Shown: piece by piece, positions 33,603 to 45,179 of the stretch | How the letters are laid out: every line of letters begins with the position of its first letter | How positions within the stretch are numbered: position 1 is the first letter of the stretch | Assembly (NCBI GenBank): GCA_965240325.2 | Contig: OZ251224.1 | Location: 2,852,001 to 2,916,000, forward strand | From: Rebecca billardiae RCC1528 | Taxonomy: Eukaryota > Protista > Haptophyta | Direction: 5' to 3' | DNA length: 64,000 bases | The notes under the pieces: model-generated | Told to the model about the DNA's origin: nothing | What the model saw: the letters and a program-made list of their open reading frames with translations, nothing else | The model's database searches: none | Program-made: the position numbers and the translations under genes

Positions 33603-36600
33603 ATGGGAGCGAGGCCGTCAGCTGCGCACGCGCTGGCCGTGATCGCCGCGGTCGTCGCGACGTCGACGCTGTGCGCAGCGCAGCCGCTGCCTCCGCCGTC
33701 ACCGCCTCCGAGGCCGCCACCGCCTCTGTCACCACCATCCGCGCCGCCCTCGGCACCGCCCTTGCCGCCGCCGCCATTCTCACCGCCTCCAAGCCCGCCG
33801 CCGAGCCCACCGCCGCCGAGCCCGCCGCCGCCGAGCCCGCCGCCCAGCCCGCCGCCACCACTCCCGCCGCCGTCGCCGCCGCCGACACCGCCGCCGCCAA
33901 GCCCACCGCCCTCGCCACCGCCCTCGCCGCCGCCACCCTCACCGCCTCCGAGCCCACCACTTCCCAGACCGCCGCCAAGCCCGCCGCCGAGCCCGCCGCC
34001 GCCGTCCCCGCCGCCGAGCCCGCCGCCACCACTACTGCCGCCGTCCCCGCCGCCCAGCCCGCCACCGCCAAGCCCACCGCCATCGCCGCCGCCGAGCCCG
34101 CCGCCGCCGAGCGCACCACCGAGCCCGCCGCCGAGCCCGCCGCCGCCAAGCCCACCGCCGAGCCCGCCACCGTCGCCTCCACCTGCCCCTCCTCCCACGC
34201 CGCCGCCCTCGCCGCCACCATCGCCGCCACCGCCTTCTCCGCCGCCGAGCCCGCCGCCAGCGCCCCCGCCCTCGCCGCCACCCTCGCCGCCGCCGTCGCC
34301 GCCGCCGCCGAGCCCGCCGCCGAGCCCGCCACCCTCGCCGCCACCCAGCCCACCACCGCCTTCACCACCGCCCTCACCACCGCCCTCGCCGCCCCCCTCG
34401 CCACCGCCAAGCCCACCGCCGAGCCCACCGCCCTCGCCGCCGCCGAGTCCTCCGCCGAGCCCGCCACCCAGTCCGCCACCACCATCGCCGCCACCATCCC
34501 CGCCGCCCTCACCGCCACCATCGCCGCCACCCAGCCCGCCACCGGCCCCGCCGCCTTCGCCGCCGCCGAGCCCGCCGCCGAGCCCGCCGCCAAGCCCGCC
34601 GCCAAGCCCGCCGCCAAGCCCGCCGCCGTCGCCGCCGCCGAGCCCGCCACCCTCGCCGCCGCCGCCGAGCCCGCCACCAAGCCCACCGCCCTCGCCTCCA
34701 CCCTCGCCACCGCCAAGCCCACCGCCGAGCCCGCCGCCCGTGCCGCCGCCGAGTCCTCCGCCGAGCCCGCCACCCAGCCCACCACCACCATCGCCGCCAC
34801 CATCCCCGCCGCCGTCACCGCCACCATCGCCGCCACCCAGCCCGCCGCCTAGCCCGCCGCCTTTGCCGCCTCCTAGCCCGCCACCGAGCCCGCCGCCTGC
34901 GCCTCCGCCCTCGCCGCCGCCGAGCCCACCGCCGCCGTCGCCGCCGCCGAGCCCGCCCCCCTCGCCACCACCATCGCCACCACCGAGCCCACCGCCCTCG
35001 CCGCCACCCTCGCCACCGCCGAGCCCTCCACCCAGCCCGCCGCCGGCGCCGCCACCCTCACCGCCGCCCAGCCCGCCGCCCAGCCCGCCACCGAGCCCGC
35101 CGCCCTCGCCACCGCCATCGCCGCCCCCATCGCCACCGCCCAGCCCGCCGCCGAGCCCGCCGCCAAGCCCGCCGCCCAGTCCGCCACCACCCAGCCCACC
35201 GCCCTCGCCACCTCCCGCGCCGCCGCCCTCGCCGCCACCCTCGCCGCCGCCGAGCCCGCCACCATCACCACCGCCCTCGCCGCCGCCGAGCCCGCCGCCG
35301 AGCCCGCCGCCCTCGCCGCCGCCCAGCCCACCGCCGCCCTCGCCACCGCCCAGTCCACCGCCCTCGCCGCCGCCAAGCCCACCCCCGAGCCCACCGCCCT
35401 CGCCGCCACCCAGCCCGCCACCCAGCCCGCCTCCCAGCCCGCCTCCCAGCCCGCCGCCTAGCCCGCCGCCATCGCCGCCGCCCTCGCCGCCACCCAGCCC
35501 GCCGCCGGCTCCGCCGCCCAGCCCGCCGCCCAGCCCGCCGCCATCACCGCCGCCGAGCCCGCCGCCCTCGCCGCCGCCGAGCCCGCCGCCGAGCCCGCCG
35601 CCGAGCCCGCCGCCCTCGCCGCCGCCGAGCCCGCCGCCGAGCCCGCCGCCAAGCCCGCCGCCCTCGCCGCCGCCAAGCCCGCCGCCCTCGCCGCCGCCAA
35701 GCCCACCGCCTCTGCCGCCACCGAGTCCGCCGCCCTCGCCGCCGCCCTTGCCGCCGCCCTCGCCGCCGCCCAGCCCACCGCCACCCAGCCTGCCTAGCCC
35801 ACCGCCCGTGCCCCCGGCCGCACCGCCTCCGATCATCCCGCCGAGCCCCGCGTCGCCGCCGCCCGCGTCGCCGCCGCCGGGCAGCCCGCCGCCGCCGCCG
35901 CCGCCCGCGCCCGAGTCCGCACTTCTGTGGGGCTTCCCGCTCGGCCTCCTTGGTGCAAACGGTGCCGGGCTGCTGCTGCTGCTGCTGCTCGGTAGCGCGG
36001 CGCCGGCGGGCGGCGGCGCGGCGGGCGCGCCGCCGGGCTCGCCGCCGCCGCCATCGCCGCCGCCGAGCCCGCCGCGCGCGCCCAGCCAGCGCGCAGCCGA
36101 CGCGGACGACGATGGCGCGGGCGCGGCGGACGAGGCAAGCGCGAGAACGGGCGCGCCCGGCGCGCGCGAGCGCGCGCGCGCCGCCGCGCACGCGGTGCTG
36201 CGCGGCGGCGCCCTGCCACGGCTGCTGTGGCCAGGGCGCCCGCTGGCGGCGCGTCGGCACGGGCTGCAGACGCTGAGCACGGGCGCACAGCTCGCCCTGC
36301 TCGCCACCACGCTCGTGCTCGAGCTCGGCGCGGACGCGGGCGCGCTGAGCGGTGCGCGCTTTGCTCACGTGCAGATCGTGTCGCAGCCGGCGCTGTGGCG
36401 GCGCGGCGCGCTGGCGTGCGCGCTCTTTGCACTGCCGCAGCTGGTGCTCGCGTCTCTCTTCCTCGCGCTGCGCCCGGCCGCGCACGCCGAGCACGCGCCG
36501 CCCGCGGCAGAGCGCGGCGGCGAGGAGGAGGCGGAGGCTGCGGACGGCGCGGAGCGCTCGCCGCGGCGGAGCGCGGCGGACCAAGTTGGGACGGGCGAAG

Positions 36601-39305
36601 TCGACGTCGACGGCGACGGCGCCGGCGCGGCGGACGACGACACCGCGACCGCGGCCGAGCGCCAACCGTCGGGCAGCGGCGGACGGCGCGCGGGCGGCAG
36701 CTGGGGCGAGGCGCCCGCGCGCCGCACGTCGCGCCGGCCGCGCGTGCTGCCCGCGCGCCGTCTCGCCTCCACCGCCGCGCCGGCGCCGGTCGACGGTGCG
36801 CCCATGCCACTGCCCGCGCGCTTTGCGCGCGGCGGCACACGCGGCGGCAGCCGGGGCTCGCCCACGCGCGCGCGCTGCGCCGAGTGGCGGCAGGCGATGG
36901 CGGGCGAGGGCGAGGGCGAGGGCGGTGCCGAGGGCGGGCGCGAGCCCGAGAGCCCGCGCACCGACGTGGAAGTCCCCCTGTCTCTGCCGGCCGCGCCGCG
37001 CGCGGCGGCGGGCCGCGCGCGGCCGCGGCCGCGCGTGTGCGCAGCCGCGCTGCCGCCCAGCTTTGGCCAATCGCCGCCGCCCTCGCCGCCCTCGCCGCCG
37101 ACGCCCGCGCCGCCCACGGGCGAGCAGCAGCCGAGTGCGCGCGCGGACGCCGCCGCCGGCGGTGCCGGCAGCGCGCAGCCGCGCGCAGGCGGTGCCGCCG
37201 CCGGCGGTGGCGAGGGCTGGGTGCTGAAGATGCGCGCGCGGATGCGCGCGCTGCAATTCTCGATCGCCCCGCGCGCCAAGCCGGCCGTGCACCCGGAGCC
37301 TGCCGCCAGTGCCGGCACCGCCGAGCACGACGCCGCGCGCCCCGGCCCGGCGCGCGAGGCCGAGATCGCGCTGGGCGCAGACGACCTCGCAAACTTGGAC
37401 GGCGGCGAGGAGGAGGGCGGCGCGGCGCCGAGCGTTCCGCTGCCTCGCTCTGCGTCCGTGAGGCTCGATCGGAGCGACCTGGCCAACCTCGGCCTGGGCG
37501 AGGGCGAGGAGGAGGGGGACGGGGAGCTGTTCGACCTCCCGCCCTCGGGGCAACAGGAGGAGGAGGGCGGCGCAGCAGCGGCAGAGGAGACGGCGGCGGA
37601 CGGCGCAGAGCCAGCCGGCACCGCACTGGCACCCGAGGAGCCCACCCCGCCGCAGAGCGGAAGCGGACGCACGCCGGCTGCCGGCCGCCCGGCGTTCCGC
37701 GTGCGCGACGTGCAGCGCGCCGCGCTCGTCGCGGGCGGCTGGCGCGAGGAGGCGGAGAGCGCGCGCGCCGCACGCGAGCGCGCGGACGCGTACAGAGCCG
37801 CGCAGGCGGAGGCGGCGGCCGCGGCCGCGCCGGCGCCGGCCGAGGCGGAGGAGGCGGGGGAGGAGCAGGCCGAGAGACCCGCCGTGCCGGAGGCTGCGCC
37901 GGCGCCAGAGCCGCCCGCACGCGCGGAGCCGGCCGGCGCAGACGACGCGGCGGCGCAGCTTGGCGCGGCCGCCGAGGCCGAGTCGAGCGGCCGTCGGCCG
38001 CGCACGCTGCGGCCCGCGGCCTACGCCACCGGCTGGGTGTCGGGCAGCTCGCGCGGCGCGGCGGACGTCGGCGAGTCCGCGCTCGAGCCCCGCGGCCCGA
38101 GCCGGAGCACAAGTGCCGCGAGCGCGGCGCGCGCCGGCTCGGGCACGGCCTCAGAGCGCTCGCACTCGGCGCGCTCGACGCTCGCGCCCGCAGCCGCGCC
38201 GGCCGAGGCCGAGGCCGAGGCGGAGTCGAGCGCGCACCGGCCGCGCGGGTGGGCGTTCGCTTGGCTCGCGCACGCGCTCGCGGTGGCGGTGTGCCTGGTC
38301 GCGGTGCTCGCGCGCGCCGAGCTGCTCTCCGAGGCCGCCGCTGCCGTGTTCGCGCAGGCGTGGGCGCTCGCGCTCTTCCTCCTCCTCGCTGTCCTCGAGC
38401 CGTGCGCGCTGTGCTGCGCGGCGCTGCTCGCGCCCGCCGCCTCGCGCCGCGCGCTCGACGCTTACGATGGCGCGTGCGCGCTCGCGCAGCCTCGCTGGGC
38501 GGGCTTCTGCGTGCCGAGCGCGGCGGCGGCAGTGCGCACGCACCCGGCGAGCGAGGCCGCGCGCGCACCGTCCGGCGGGCGTCCTCCCGCGCACGGCGCA
38601 GACGGCGGCTCGGACGACGCCGGCAGCGACGCGCGCGAGCGCGGGTCAGCACTCGCTCGGGCCGAGGCGGGTGCGGCGCGCGGGCTGGTCTATTCGCGCT
38701 CGCGGCCGCCGCCACCGCCGATGCCGCCGCCGCCGCCGGAGGCGCCCGCGCGCGCGGTGAGCAACGCCCCGCCCCGCCGGCTCCCGCCGCTCGCGGCGCG
38801 GCCGATGCCGGACCCGCCCGCAGTGCGCCCGCGCGCGGCCTCTGTGAAGCCGCCGGCCGCGCGCCCGATGGCGGACAAGTATGCGCGCCGCGCGAGCGCG
38901 GGCGCGGCTGGCACGCCCGAGCTCGCGCCGCCTCTGGCTGAGGCGGCGGCGGCGCCTCCGTCGGACCAGACGGCATCGGGCACGGAGCTGGCCAGTCCGC
39001 GAGGAGCCGCCTCCGCCGTGGCCGGCGACGCAGCGGCCGTGCGCGGCAGCTCAGCCGATGGCGACGCGCAAGCGCTCCTAGTCCTGCACGCAGCAGCAGG
39101 CGACGACGCGCCCGGGCCTCAGCCCGTGCCGCCGTACGCCTCGTCGACGCCCAGCGACGGCGGAGATCGCGAGGACGATCACGACGATCTCGAGCAGCAC
39201 TCGGCTTCTTCTCCGCAGCGAGCGCTGTCGGCGCACGACGAGGTGGAGGTGGAGCGCGTGCCGTGGCGCGGGACGGCGAGCAGTGTTGGCCCGCCATCGG
39301 CATGA
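33603..39305 (+). CDS. Large (about 1900 aa) membrane protein: signal peptide, about 740 aa Ser-Pro3 extensin-like stalk, several TM helices resembling polycystin-1-family membrane segments
   Basis: Signal-like [26 protein letters not shown], then (SPPP)n. Hydrophobic segments [74 protein letters not shown] and [14 protein letters not shown]. Confidence 0.8.
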   Translation: MGARPSAAHALAVIAAVVATSTLCAAQPLPPPSPPPRPPPPLSPPSAPPSAPPLPPPPFSPPPSPPPSPPPPSPPPPSPPPSPPPPLPPPSPPPTPPPPSPPPSPPPSPPPPSPPPSPPLPRPPPSPPPSPPPPSPPPSPPPPLLPPSPPPSPPPPSPPPSPPPSPPPPSAPPSPPPSPPPPSPPPSPPPSPPPAPPPTPPPSPPPSPPPPSPPPSPPPAPPPSPPPSPPPSPPPPSPPPSPPPSPPPSPPPPSPPPSPPPSPPPSPPPSPPPSPPPSPPPSPPPSPPPSPPPPSPPPSPPPSPPPSPPPSPPPAPPPSPPPSPPPSPPPSPPPSPPPSPPPSPPPSPPPSPPPPSPPPSPPPSPPPSPPPSPPPSPPPVPPPSPPPSPPPSPPPPSPPPSPPPSPPPSPPPSPPPSPPPLPPPSPPPSPPPAPPPSPPPSPPPPSPPPSPPPSPPPSPPPSPPPSPPPSPPPSPPPSPPPAPPPSPPPSPPPSPPPSPPPSPPPSPPPSPPPSPPPSPPPSPPPSPPPPSPPPSPPPAPPPSPPPSPPPSPPPSPPPSPPPSPPPSPPPSPPPSPPPPSPPPSPPPSPPPSPPPSPPPSPPPSPPPSPPPSPPPSPPPSPPPSPPPSPPPSPPPAPPPSPPPSPPPSPPPSPPPSPPPSPPPSPPPSPPPSPPPSPPPSPPPSPPPSPPPSPPPSPPPSPPPLPPPSPPPSPPPLPPPSPPPSPPPPSLPSPPPVPPAAPPPIIPPSPASPPPASPPPGSPPPPPPPAPESALLWGFPLGLLGANGAGLLLLLLLGSAAPAGGGAAGAPPGSPPPPSPPPSPPRAPSQRAADADDDGAGAADEASARTGAPGARERARAAAHAVLRGGALPRLLWPGRPLAARRHGLQTLSTGAQLALLATTLVLELGADAGALSGARFAHVQIVSQPALWRRGALACALFALPQLVLASLFLALRPAAHAEHAPPAAERGGEEEAEAADGAERSPRRSAADQVGTGEVDVDGDGAGAADDDTATAAERQPSGSGGRRAGGSWGEAPARRTSRRPRVLPARRLASTAAPAPVDGAPMPLPARFARGGTRGGSRGSPTRARCAEWRQAMAGEGEGEGGAEGGREPESPRTDVEVPLSLPAAPRAAAGRARPRPRVCAAALPPSFGQSPPPSPPSPPTPAPPTGEQQPSARADAAAGGAGSAQPRAGGAAAGGGEGWVLKMRARMRALQFSIAPRAKPAVHPEPAASAGTAEHDAARPGPAREAEIALGADDLANLDGGEEEGGAAPSVPLPRSASVRLDRSDLANLGLGEGEEEGDGELFDLPPSGQQEEEGGAAAAEETAADGAEPAGTALAPEEPTPPQSGSGRTPAAGRPAFRVRDVQRAALVAGGWREEAESARAARERADAYRAAQAEAAAAAAPAPAEAEEAGEEQAERPAVPEAAPAPEPPARAEPAGADDAAAQLGAAAEAESSGRRPRTLRPAAYATGWVSGSSRGAADVGESALEPRGPSRSTSAASAARAGSGTASERSHSARSTLAPAAAPAEAEAEAESSAHRPRGWAFAWLAHALAVAVCLVAVLARAELLSEAAAAVFAQAWALALFLLLAVLEPCALCCAALLAPAASRRALDAYDGACALAQPRWAGFCVPSAAAAVRTHPASEAARAPSGGRPPAHGADGGSDDAGSDARERGSALARAEAGAARGLVYSRSRPPPPPMPPPPPEAPARAVSNAPPRRLPPLAARPMPDPPAVRPRAASVKPPAARPMADKYARRASAGAAGTPELAPPLAEAAAAPPSDQTASGTELASPRGAASAVAGDAAAVRGSSADGDAQALLVLHAAAGDDAPGPQPVPPYASSTPSDGGDREDDHDDLEQHSASSPQRALSAHDEVEVERVPWRGTASSVGPPSA
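33685..35910 (+). repeat. Coding 12 bp-period repeat (SPPP)n
   Basis: CCGCCGCC(G/C)(AGC/TCG) units with synonymous variation. Confidence 0.95.
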
Positions 39306-39738
39306 TGGCGCGCAACCACGTGGCGCGTCGCGCGGACTGCGCGTCGGACTGACAAGCAATCGCGGCGCTATGGGCCAATGTCTGGCCCCCAGTACATGCG
39401 TGATGGCCCGCGGTGCAGGGCGGAGCGCGTAGCGTGGAGCCCCGCCGGGGGCCCTCACTACGTTGTCAAAAAGATCTTTTGATCAAAGAAAAGGGCATGG
39501 GGGACGATTTTGAGGGCTGTTGGAGGGTGAGTTTTCGACGACTTTTTGAGGGGGGGTATGCTGTCCATCACAGCTTAAAAGGCCGCGCCCGCTGCAATTC
39601 TTGTATCTACTATGGACGGACGTGGGATCAGATACCCCGGGGGTGAAACAAGTGAGTATTTTTGTCCTTCTTGTATGCTGGAGTACGAGTTTGCCGAGCG
39701 ACGTTTGATTGTTTTGGGTCGAAAACAGCTATGAGGCC

Positions 39739-40020
39739 AGATTCTTTTGAATAGCGCTTGCGAAAAGAAGTTGCCCGCATGTCTCGATGGATGAACCGCC
39801 TCATGGTATTGAAAGAGATTCTTTTGAATGGCGATTTTAAACCAAGTTACCCACCTGTCTCGTTGGATGAACCTCCTCATCATATTGAAGAGATTCTTTT
39901 GAATAGCGCTATTTAAAGCCAGCTACCCGCTTGCCTCGATGGATGAACCGCCTTGATAATATTGAAAGATATTCTTTTGAATATAGCGCTTGTCACAACC
40001 AAGTTACCCGCCTGTCAGCT
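39739..40020. repeat. Degenerate AT-rich minisatellite, about 76 bp x about 3.5
   Basis: Recurring AGATTCTTTTGAAT...GTTACCCG...GGATGAACC...TATTGAA. Confidence 0.85.
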
Positions 40021-40243
40021 GTCTCGTGCTCGCGAGCGGCGCGACGACATCGGCCCGAGCGAGGATGCCGCCTTCAAAGGCGCGCACCGAGTGCGTGCGC
40101 GACGGGTGCCGGCCGGCCGCTGGTCTCGACCTATCGCCCTCGGCCCTCCCCGAGCGCGCCTGCAGGTACCTCCGGACGCGCATTCGGCTTGCTCACTCGA
40201 TCAGCTCACTCACAGCTGCCGGTCACGCAGCCGCGCGGCGGCC

Positions 40244-40549
40244 CCGCGACCAGGTCCGCGGCCCAAAGTGTGTGTGCGCGCCGCGCCGGTGCCCTCGCGC
40301 CGGTGGCGTGGGCTGGCTGGCCGCTGGTCTCGCCCACGCGCCCCACTCGCCCCAAGCGCGCAACGCCTGCGGGAAGCGCCGGCACCATACCTAACTCCGC
40401 GACCAGGTCCGCGGCCCAAAGTGTGTGTGCGCGCCGCGCCGGTGCCCTCGCGCCGGTGGCGTGGGCTGGCTGGCCGCTGGTCTCGCCCACGCGCCCCACT
40501 CGCCCCAAGCGCGCAACGCCTGCGGGAAGCGCCGGCACCATACCTAACT
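40244..40549. repeat. Tandem duplication, 2 x 153 bp
   Basis: CCGCGACCAGGTCC...CATACCTAACT starts at 40244 and again at 40397. Confidence 0.93.
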
Positions 40550-42454
40550 AACCTGCGCGTCGACGCCCGTCCCGCCGCGGCCCGCGCCTCGATCGATCGT
40601 CGATCGGACCGCGTGCGTGCGACTCCGTCCGCGCCCGCGCGCAGGGTGGGAGGGGCTGATGCAGGAGCAGATGCAGGACTACCTCGAAATTGCACGCGAC
40701 GAGGAGGTGCCCAGCGCGCACTTTACGCTGCGCGCATCATCGAGTGGTCGCCCAGCGAGCGCGGCAGCTGGCCACCGGGCCGGCTGACGGCGGGCGCAGC
40801 TGCCAGCTGCGGACACGCAGCGGGCGCGGAGTGGAAGCCGGCGCAGCGGCCGGGCAGCGGCGGCCGGCGCGGCAGCACGCTCGTATACATCGCGGCAGCT
40901 ACCGCCGTCGTGCGGGGAAAGCACACGCTCTCGGCGGAGCCTTCCAAGATGCCGACGGGCCACGGCGTGGCACTGCAGTGGCTGTGTCGAGCTGCTGCGG
41001 CGTGTGCTCGAGGCGCGGCGCTCGCACGGGCTACGCGGGCGCAGCGGGTGCGCGCAGCTGGCGCACGCAGTGCCACGTCCTGCGGCGCCAGTTTGGCGGC
41101 CGTCCGCCCCCCCGAGCTCGAGTTCTGCGCGCTTTGCGACGGCGCGGCCGGCAGCGCCCATCTGCCTGCTTGCTTGGGCACGCCAGCATGTCCGCCGCCG
41201 GGCCTGCTGCGCGCGCCGAAGCTGGAGGGCGGAGGAGGGCGCTGGGCTGCTCCTATGGCGTGCTGCAGCCCGGGCAGGCTCTACCGCGGCGCGGCGAGGC
41301 CGTCGCGCCTGCTCGCCGCCGTCGAGTCGCCCGTGCTGCGTGACCCTCGGCCGCACGTGCTCGCTCGGCGGCACCGCAGCACTAGCAGGCGTCCCATACC
41401 AGTATACTCGAGCCGCTGTGCGCACCCAAGGCGCGAGCTGCTCGAGCGGGCCAGGTGGGCCCAGGGGGTGCGTGCAGCTGGCACACGCAGCCCCGGCCCG
41501 TGTCATGGGGTGTCGGTTTGACGGTCGCCAGCCCCTGTGGGCTCGAGCGCTGTGCGCTTCACCACGGAGGTGCTGGCAGCGCCCCGCGGCGCGCAACGGC
41601 GGGGCAGCATGGCCGCCGCCGGCGCCGCCGCACATGCCGCCGCTTACGGGCAGTCGAGAGCTTGGGGCAGCACCTACGGCGCATGCTGCAGCTCGGGGCG
41701 GGCTCTGCCAGCCTGCTGTGGCGTGATCGCGCATTTTCCAGACCGTCGACTCGCCCGCGCTGCATAATATTCCATTATTCGTTTGCCGCGCGTGCTCGAC
41801 GGCGCTCCGCGCTGCTGCTGCCGCTACGGCCGCGCGTTGGACGGACAGCATATGCCGACGGAGAGTGCACCGCGGGCCCCTAACTACGTTGGTTCTACGG
41901 AAGGACCGCGGAACGCGGTCATATTACAGCATATAGCATCACATACAGCATACGAATAACCCGCCGCGTAACGGTAATAAATAAATATAAATACTAATAG
42001 TAATAATTAATTAATTAATAATAAACAGCCGACCGGCCGGGCCAGTGACGCCCGGCCAGTGCCGCCGCACGGGCAGCCAGGCCGTCTCGGGCGAGTGGCG
42101 GGCTCTCGGGCGGGAGTGTCGTCAGCCTAGAGTCTCGATCTACTACTACAAGGGCCCCTACTAGGGCGACCCGACGACGGTGCCTGCGCGGCCCGGCGCC
42201 TTGCCCTTCGAGTTCGGCCAGTTCGGGAATCGGGGCGACGGCGGACGGCCCGCCCGCCCGGCCCGCCCGCCCGCCCGGCGCGCAGCACGACGCCGCGCAG
42301 CGCGGCAGAACTACTTGATGATATTGCATGTTATTCGCTCAGAGTCAGGCTGCAGGGAACAGCCCAGTGACCCCAACCGCAACACTCACCAGGCTGAGGG
42401 CGCAGACTCTCGGCAGCTAGACCATGATGTCCTCACGAATAGATAGGCACGATG

Positions 42455-44558
42455 TCAGTCGTCCATGGGCGGCTCAAAGGGCAGGCACTTGCCGTCACGG
42501 ACGGCCAGGATGGCGACCTTCCCAGAGAGGCTGCTGGCCGCTGGCCCGTTGATCGGGCACGTGACACCCCCGGCCGGGAACTCGAAGAGCTCCATGTAGC
42601 GCTCGAGGTACATGTGGCACGCCCAGGCGCCCCAGCCCGCGTTGATGTCCTGATCCTTGCCGCGGCGTGTCAGCTCGAGCTCTTCGTGATCCACGCCAGC
42701 CCACTCGGGCAGGTTGCTGCGGAAGCCCGCCCAGCTGACCACCTTGCCGTTGGGGAAGTTCTCCGCGAGCAGCTGCACGGACGTCCACGTGGTCGCCGGG
42801 TCATGCAGCTCGGCAATCACGAGCGGGCGCACGTTGGGGTGCGAGGAGCCGAGCGGCGGGCCCGGGCGCGGCACGTTGGGCGAGGTTGCGATGTACATCA
42901 GGTCCCACGCGCGCAGGTAGCCGAGTGGATGCCGCGGGCGCAGCTCGTCATGCAGGTAGTTCGCCAGCTCGCGCGCGCCCATCCGGCCGGCGAAGTCGAC
43001 CGAGCGCACGATTGAGAGGGCGTTGGTGTGCTTCTCGTCGCTGTCGAGCCGTGCATCAAATGCAGCCGTGTCTTCTGGCAGCCCGAGCGGCTTTGTCCCC
43101 TTGAAGCAGCAGCCGTCGGCGCGGAAGTCGCCGTAGTCGTACAGCGACTGCACGCAGGCCATCAGAATGGCCCCGTGCGGCTCCACGCCGTTCAGCTCGA
43201 TGCCGTTGCCGGAGATCGCAGCATGCACAACGGAGAGCGCCTTGACCTTGGTGTGGTGCGTGCGCAGCAGCTCGTGCAGCTTGGCAGTCGGGTACGGCGC
43301 GGCCGAGCACTTGTCCTCCTCGAAGATGGCGGTGTCGGCGAAGTAGTCTGAATCGCACGCCGAGGTCATCGCGTTGAGCACCTGCTCGTATGCCCGCGAG
43401 ACCAGCTCGCCGTACTCATGCACGTCGCTGTGCACCGCCTGGTTGCCGTCCAGCACGAGCCGGTCGACCTTGTCCGGGAACACGGTGGCGTACGCTGCCG
43501 CCACCTCAGAGCCGTACGTTTGGCCCCACACCGACAGCTTCCGAGCACCTGCGAGGCGAGAGGAGAGACGGAGGGTGTGTGGCGCATCGGGCATGTCAGC
43601 AGGGTGGGCGCGCGCAGGCTGCGTCGACCGGCTGCTCAGCCGTGATCGGAAAGCGCGCTCGCGGCGCGCGCGCACCGATGGCCGCACGGAATACGTCCAT
43701 GTCGCGCACGAGGTCGATGGTGCCGGCGAAGTCCTGCCACGCCATCTCGCCGCGCACCTCGTTCGTCCCGAGCGCGTAATCCTTGCGGCACAGCCTCGAC
43801 GCCGCCCCCTGCAGCAGCGCGAAGAGCTCGGTCGCATCCCTGCTCGTCTGCATAGCAATCTCAGGGTTGTGGTGGTTGAGGTACGGTAGCGCCTTCGCGT
43901 ACAGGGCGTCGAAGTCGAGGCCGGCGTCCTTGTGCGCCTTCTTCACCGCGGCGAGCGCGTGGTACGACAGCGCGTCGTAGCACTCGATCTGCGGGAACGG
44001 CTTGACGCGCTCGTCGCTCTCCGTCTGGAAGAAGGGCACCTCCGGCGGATCAGGGTCGTCCTTCGCCGGCGTGATGCCGCGCTGCGTGATGGCGAGATTG
44101 TCAAAGCCATTGAAGAGCATGGGCCTCATGAAGTTGTCCAGGAAAAGGCGGCAGTCGTGCGCGCTACCCGGCCCACCGCAGTGCGTGAGCACCGCGTGAT
44201 CCTCCTCGTAGCAGTTGGTGAGCGCCGAGACGCGCACAGCCGTGTAGCCAAGGTCAATGTCCGCCTTGCGAAGGGCAGCATCGTCGTGGACGATGGGGAC
44301 CTTGAGCCAGCCGTGAAGCTCGTGCACGACGTGTTGGCGGAGCCGTCCCGTCGGAACCGCATCCCACTTGAGGAGGTCCGGGTCCGGGTCGCAGATCGCG
44401 CGGCGCGGCGACGAGCCGGCGATGGACCTGTCGCCACGCTCGGCTCCCGCGCGCCAGCTGGCTGGCGCGTCGGGCAGGACGAGGAGCGCGACGCCGAGCG
44501 CACACGCGACGGTCGCGCCCGCGAGGAGAACGAGCACGCGCCTACTCGGCGCTTGCAT
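42455..44558 (-). CDS. Alpha/beta-hydrolase, TAP/tripeptidyl-aminopeptidase (S33)-like, N-terminal membrane anchor, 2 exons; catalytic residues altered
   Basis: LKVP, GGPGS, QRGI, DLVRDMDVFRAAIG|ARKLSVWGQTYGS, YATVFPDKVDRLVLDG and LVIAELHDPAT motifs. Intron 43549-43675. Confidence 0.85.
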
Positions 44559-44822
44559 CGGCCTGGCTGCGGCTGGGAGCGCGAGGTGCGTCGGCGCGGC
44601 GCCGCCGAAAGACGCGATGTCGTGATGATGACGACCGGAAACTCGCAACCCGAGCGAGCTTGCCCTGCGCACCCGCGGCCGGGCGGGGGTTGTTCTCGCG
44701 AGCAGAGGCGAGATGGTTCTCATGGGTCCCAGACTTGTAATCCATATACCATCATTCTACGGCTGACGGCTCAATGATCTCCTAATACTACTACGATTGA
44801 CGAACGGCACTAATGCGCACTG

Positions 44823-44893
44823 CCCAATTGGCTCAACCAATCGCGATCGCTTGCTCATCACGAACGTGTTTTACGCCTGTACAGTTTACCAAT
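44823..44893. promoter_or_regulatory. Cluster of CCAAT boxes in a divergent intergenic region
   Basis: CCAATTGG, AACCAAT and TACCAAT within 70 bp between the head-to-head genes starting at 44558 and 45180. Confidence 0.35.
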
Positions 44894-45179
44894 GAGAGTA
44901 CAACCAGTACTATTATGGTCACCCGCCTCATTATTGTCTTCGCTCGTCAACATGGGTAGGAAGATCTTGCTCGTGCCACCTCTCCGTCGATCTTGATCGC
45001 TCGGGAGCCTCGGCGGCGGCGGCAGTCCTCATCGGATCCGCTCGGTAGCGGGGCCGAACACGCCGCGCGACCCGGCCCTCGTCATTCCGAGGCTTCCGGC
45101 GGCACGCGGCGGAGACCGACTTCCGCGCCGCGGAGCAGCTGATCGCCGAGGACGTCCCGGAAGCAAGTGGTCGAGAGCC

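Larger units (their letters stand above)
39399..41924. mobile_element. Non-autonomous element copy B (inverted relative to copy A) with internal minisatellites
   Basis: Inverted repeat GGCCCGCGGTGCA (39405-39417) / TGCACCGCGGGCC (41866-41878). Hairpin GACCGCG-GAA-CGCGGTC at 41904-41920. Ends shared with 8353-9975. Confidence 0.72.

Noticed and set aside
32645-36310. 1221 aa Gly-rich ORF apparently fused to RPL27
   Set aside because: It is the antisense shadow of the SPPP repeat. RPL27 has its own ATG at 33264 and a clean intron.
39739-40020. Possible CRISPR-like array
   Set aside because: Whole units are degenerate copies with no unique spacers, the context is eukaryotic and there are no cas genes.
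39953-41851. 522 aa and 390 aa ORFs inside element copy B
   Set aside because: Arg/Ala/Pro-rich GC artefact frames running through tandem repeats, with no transposase, Rep or helicase motifs.
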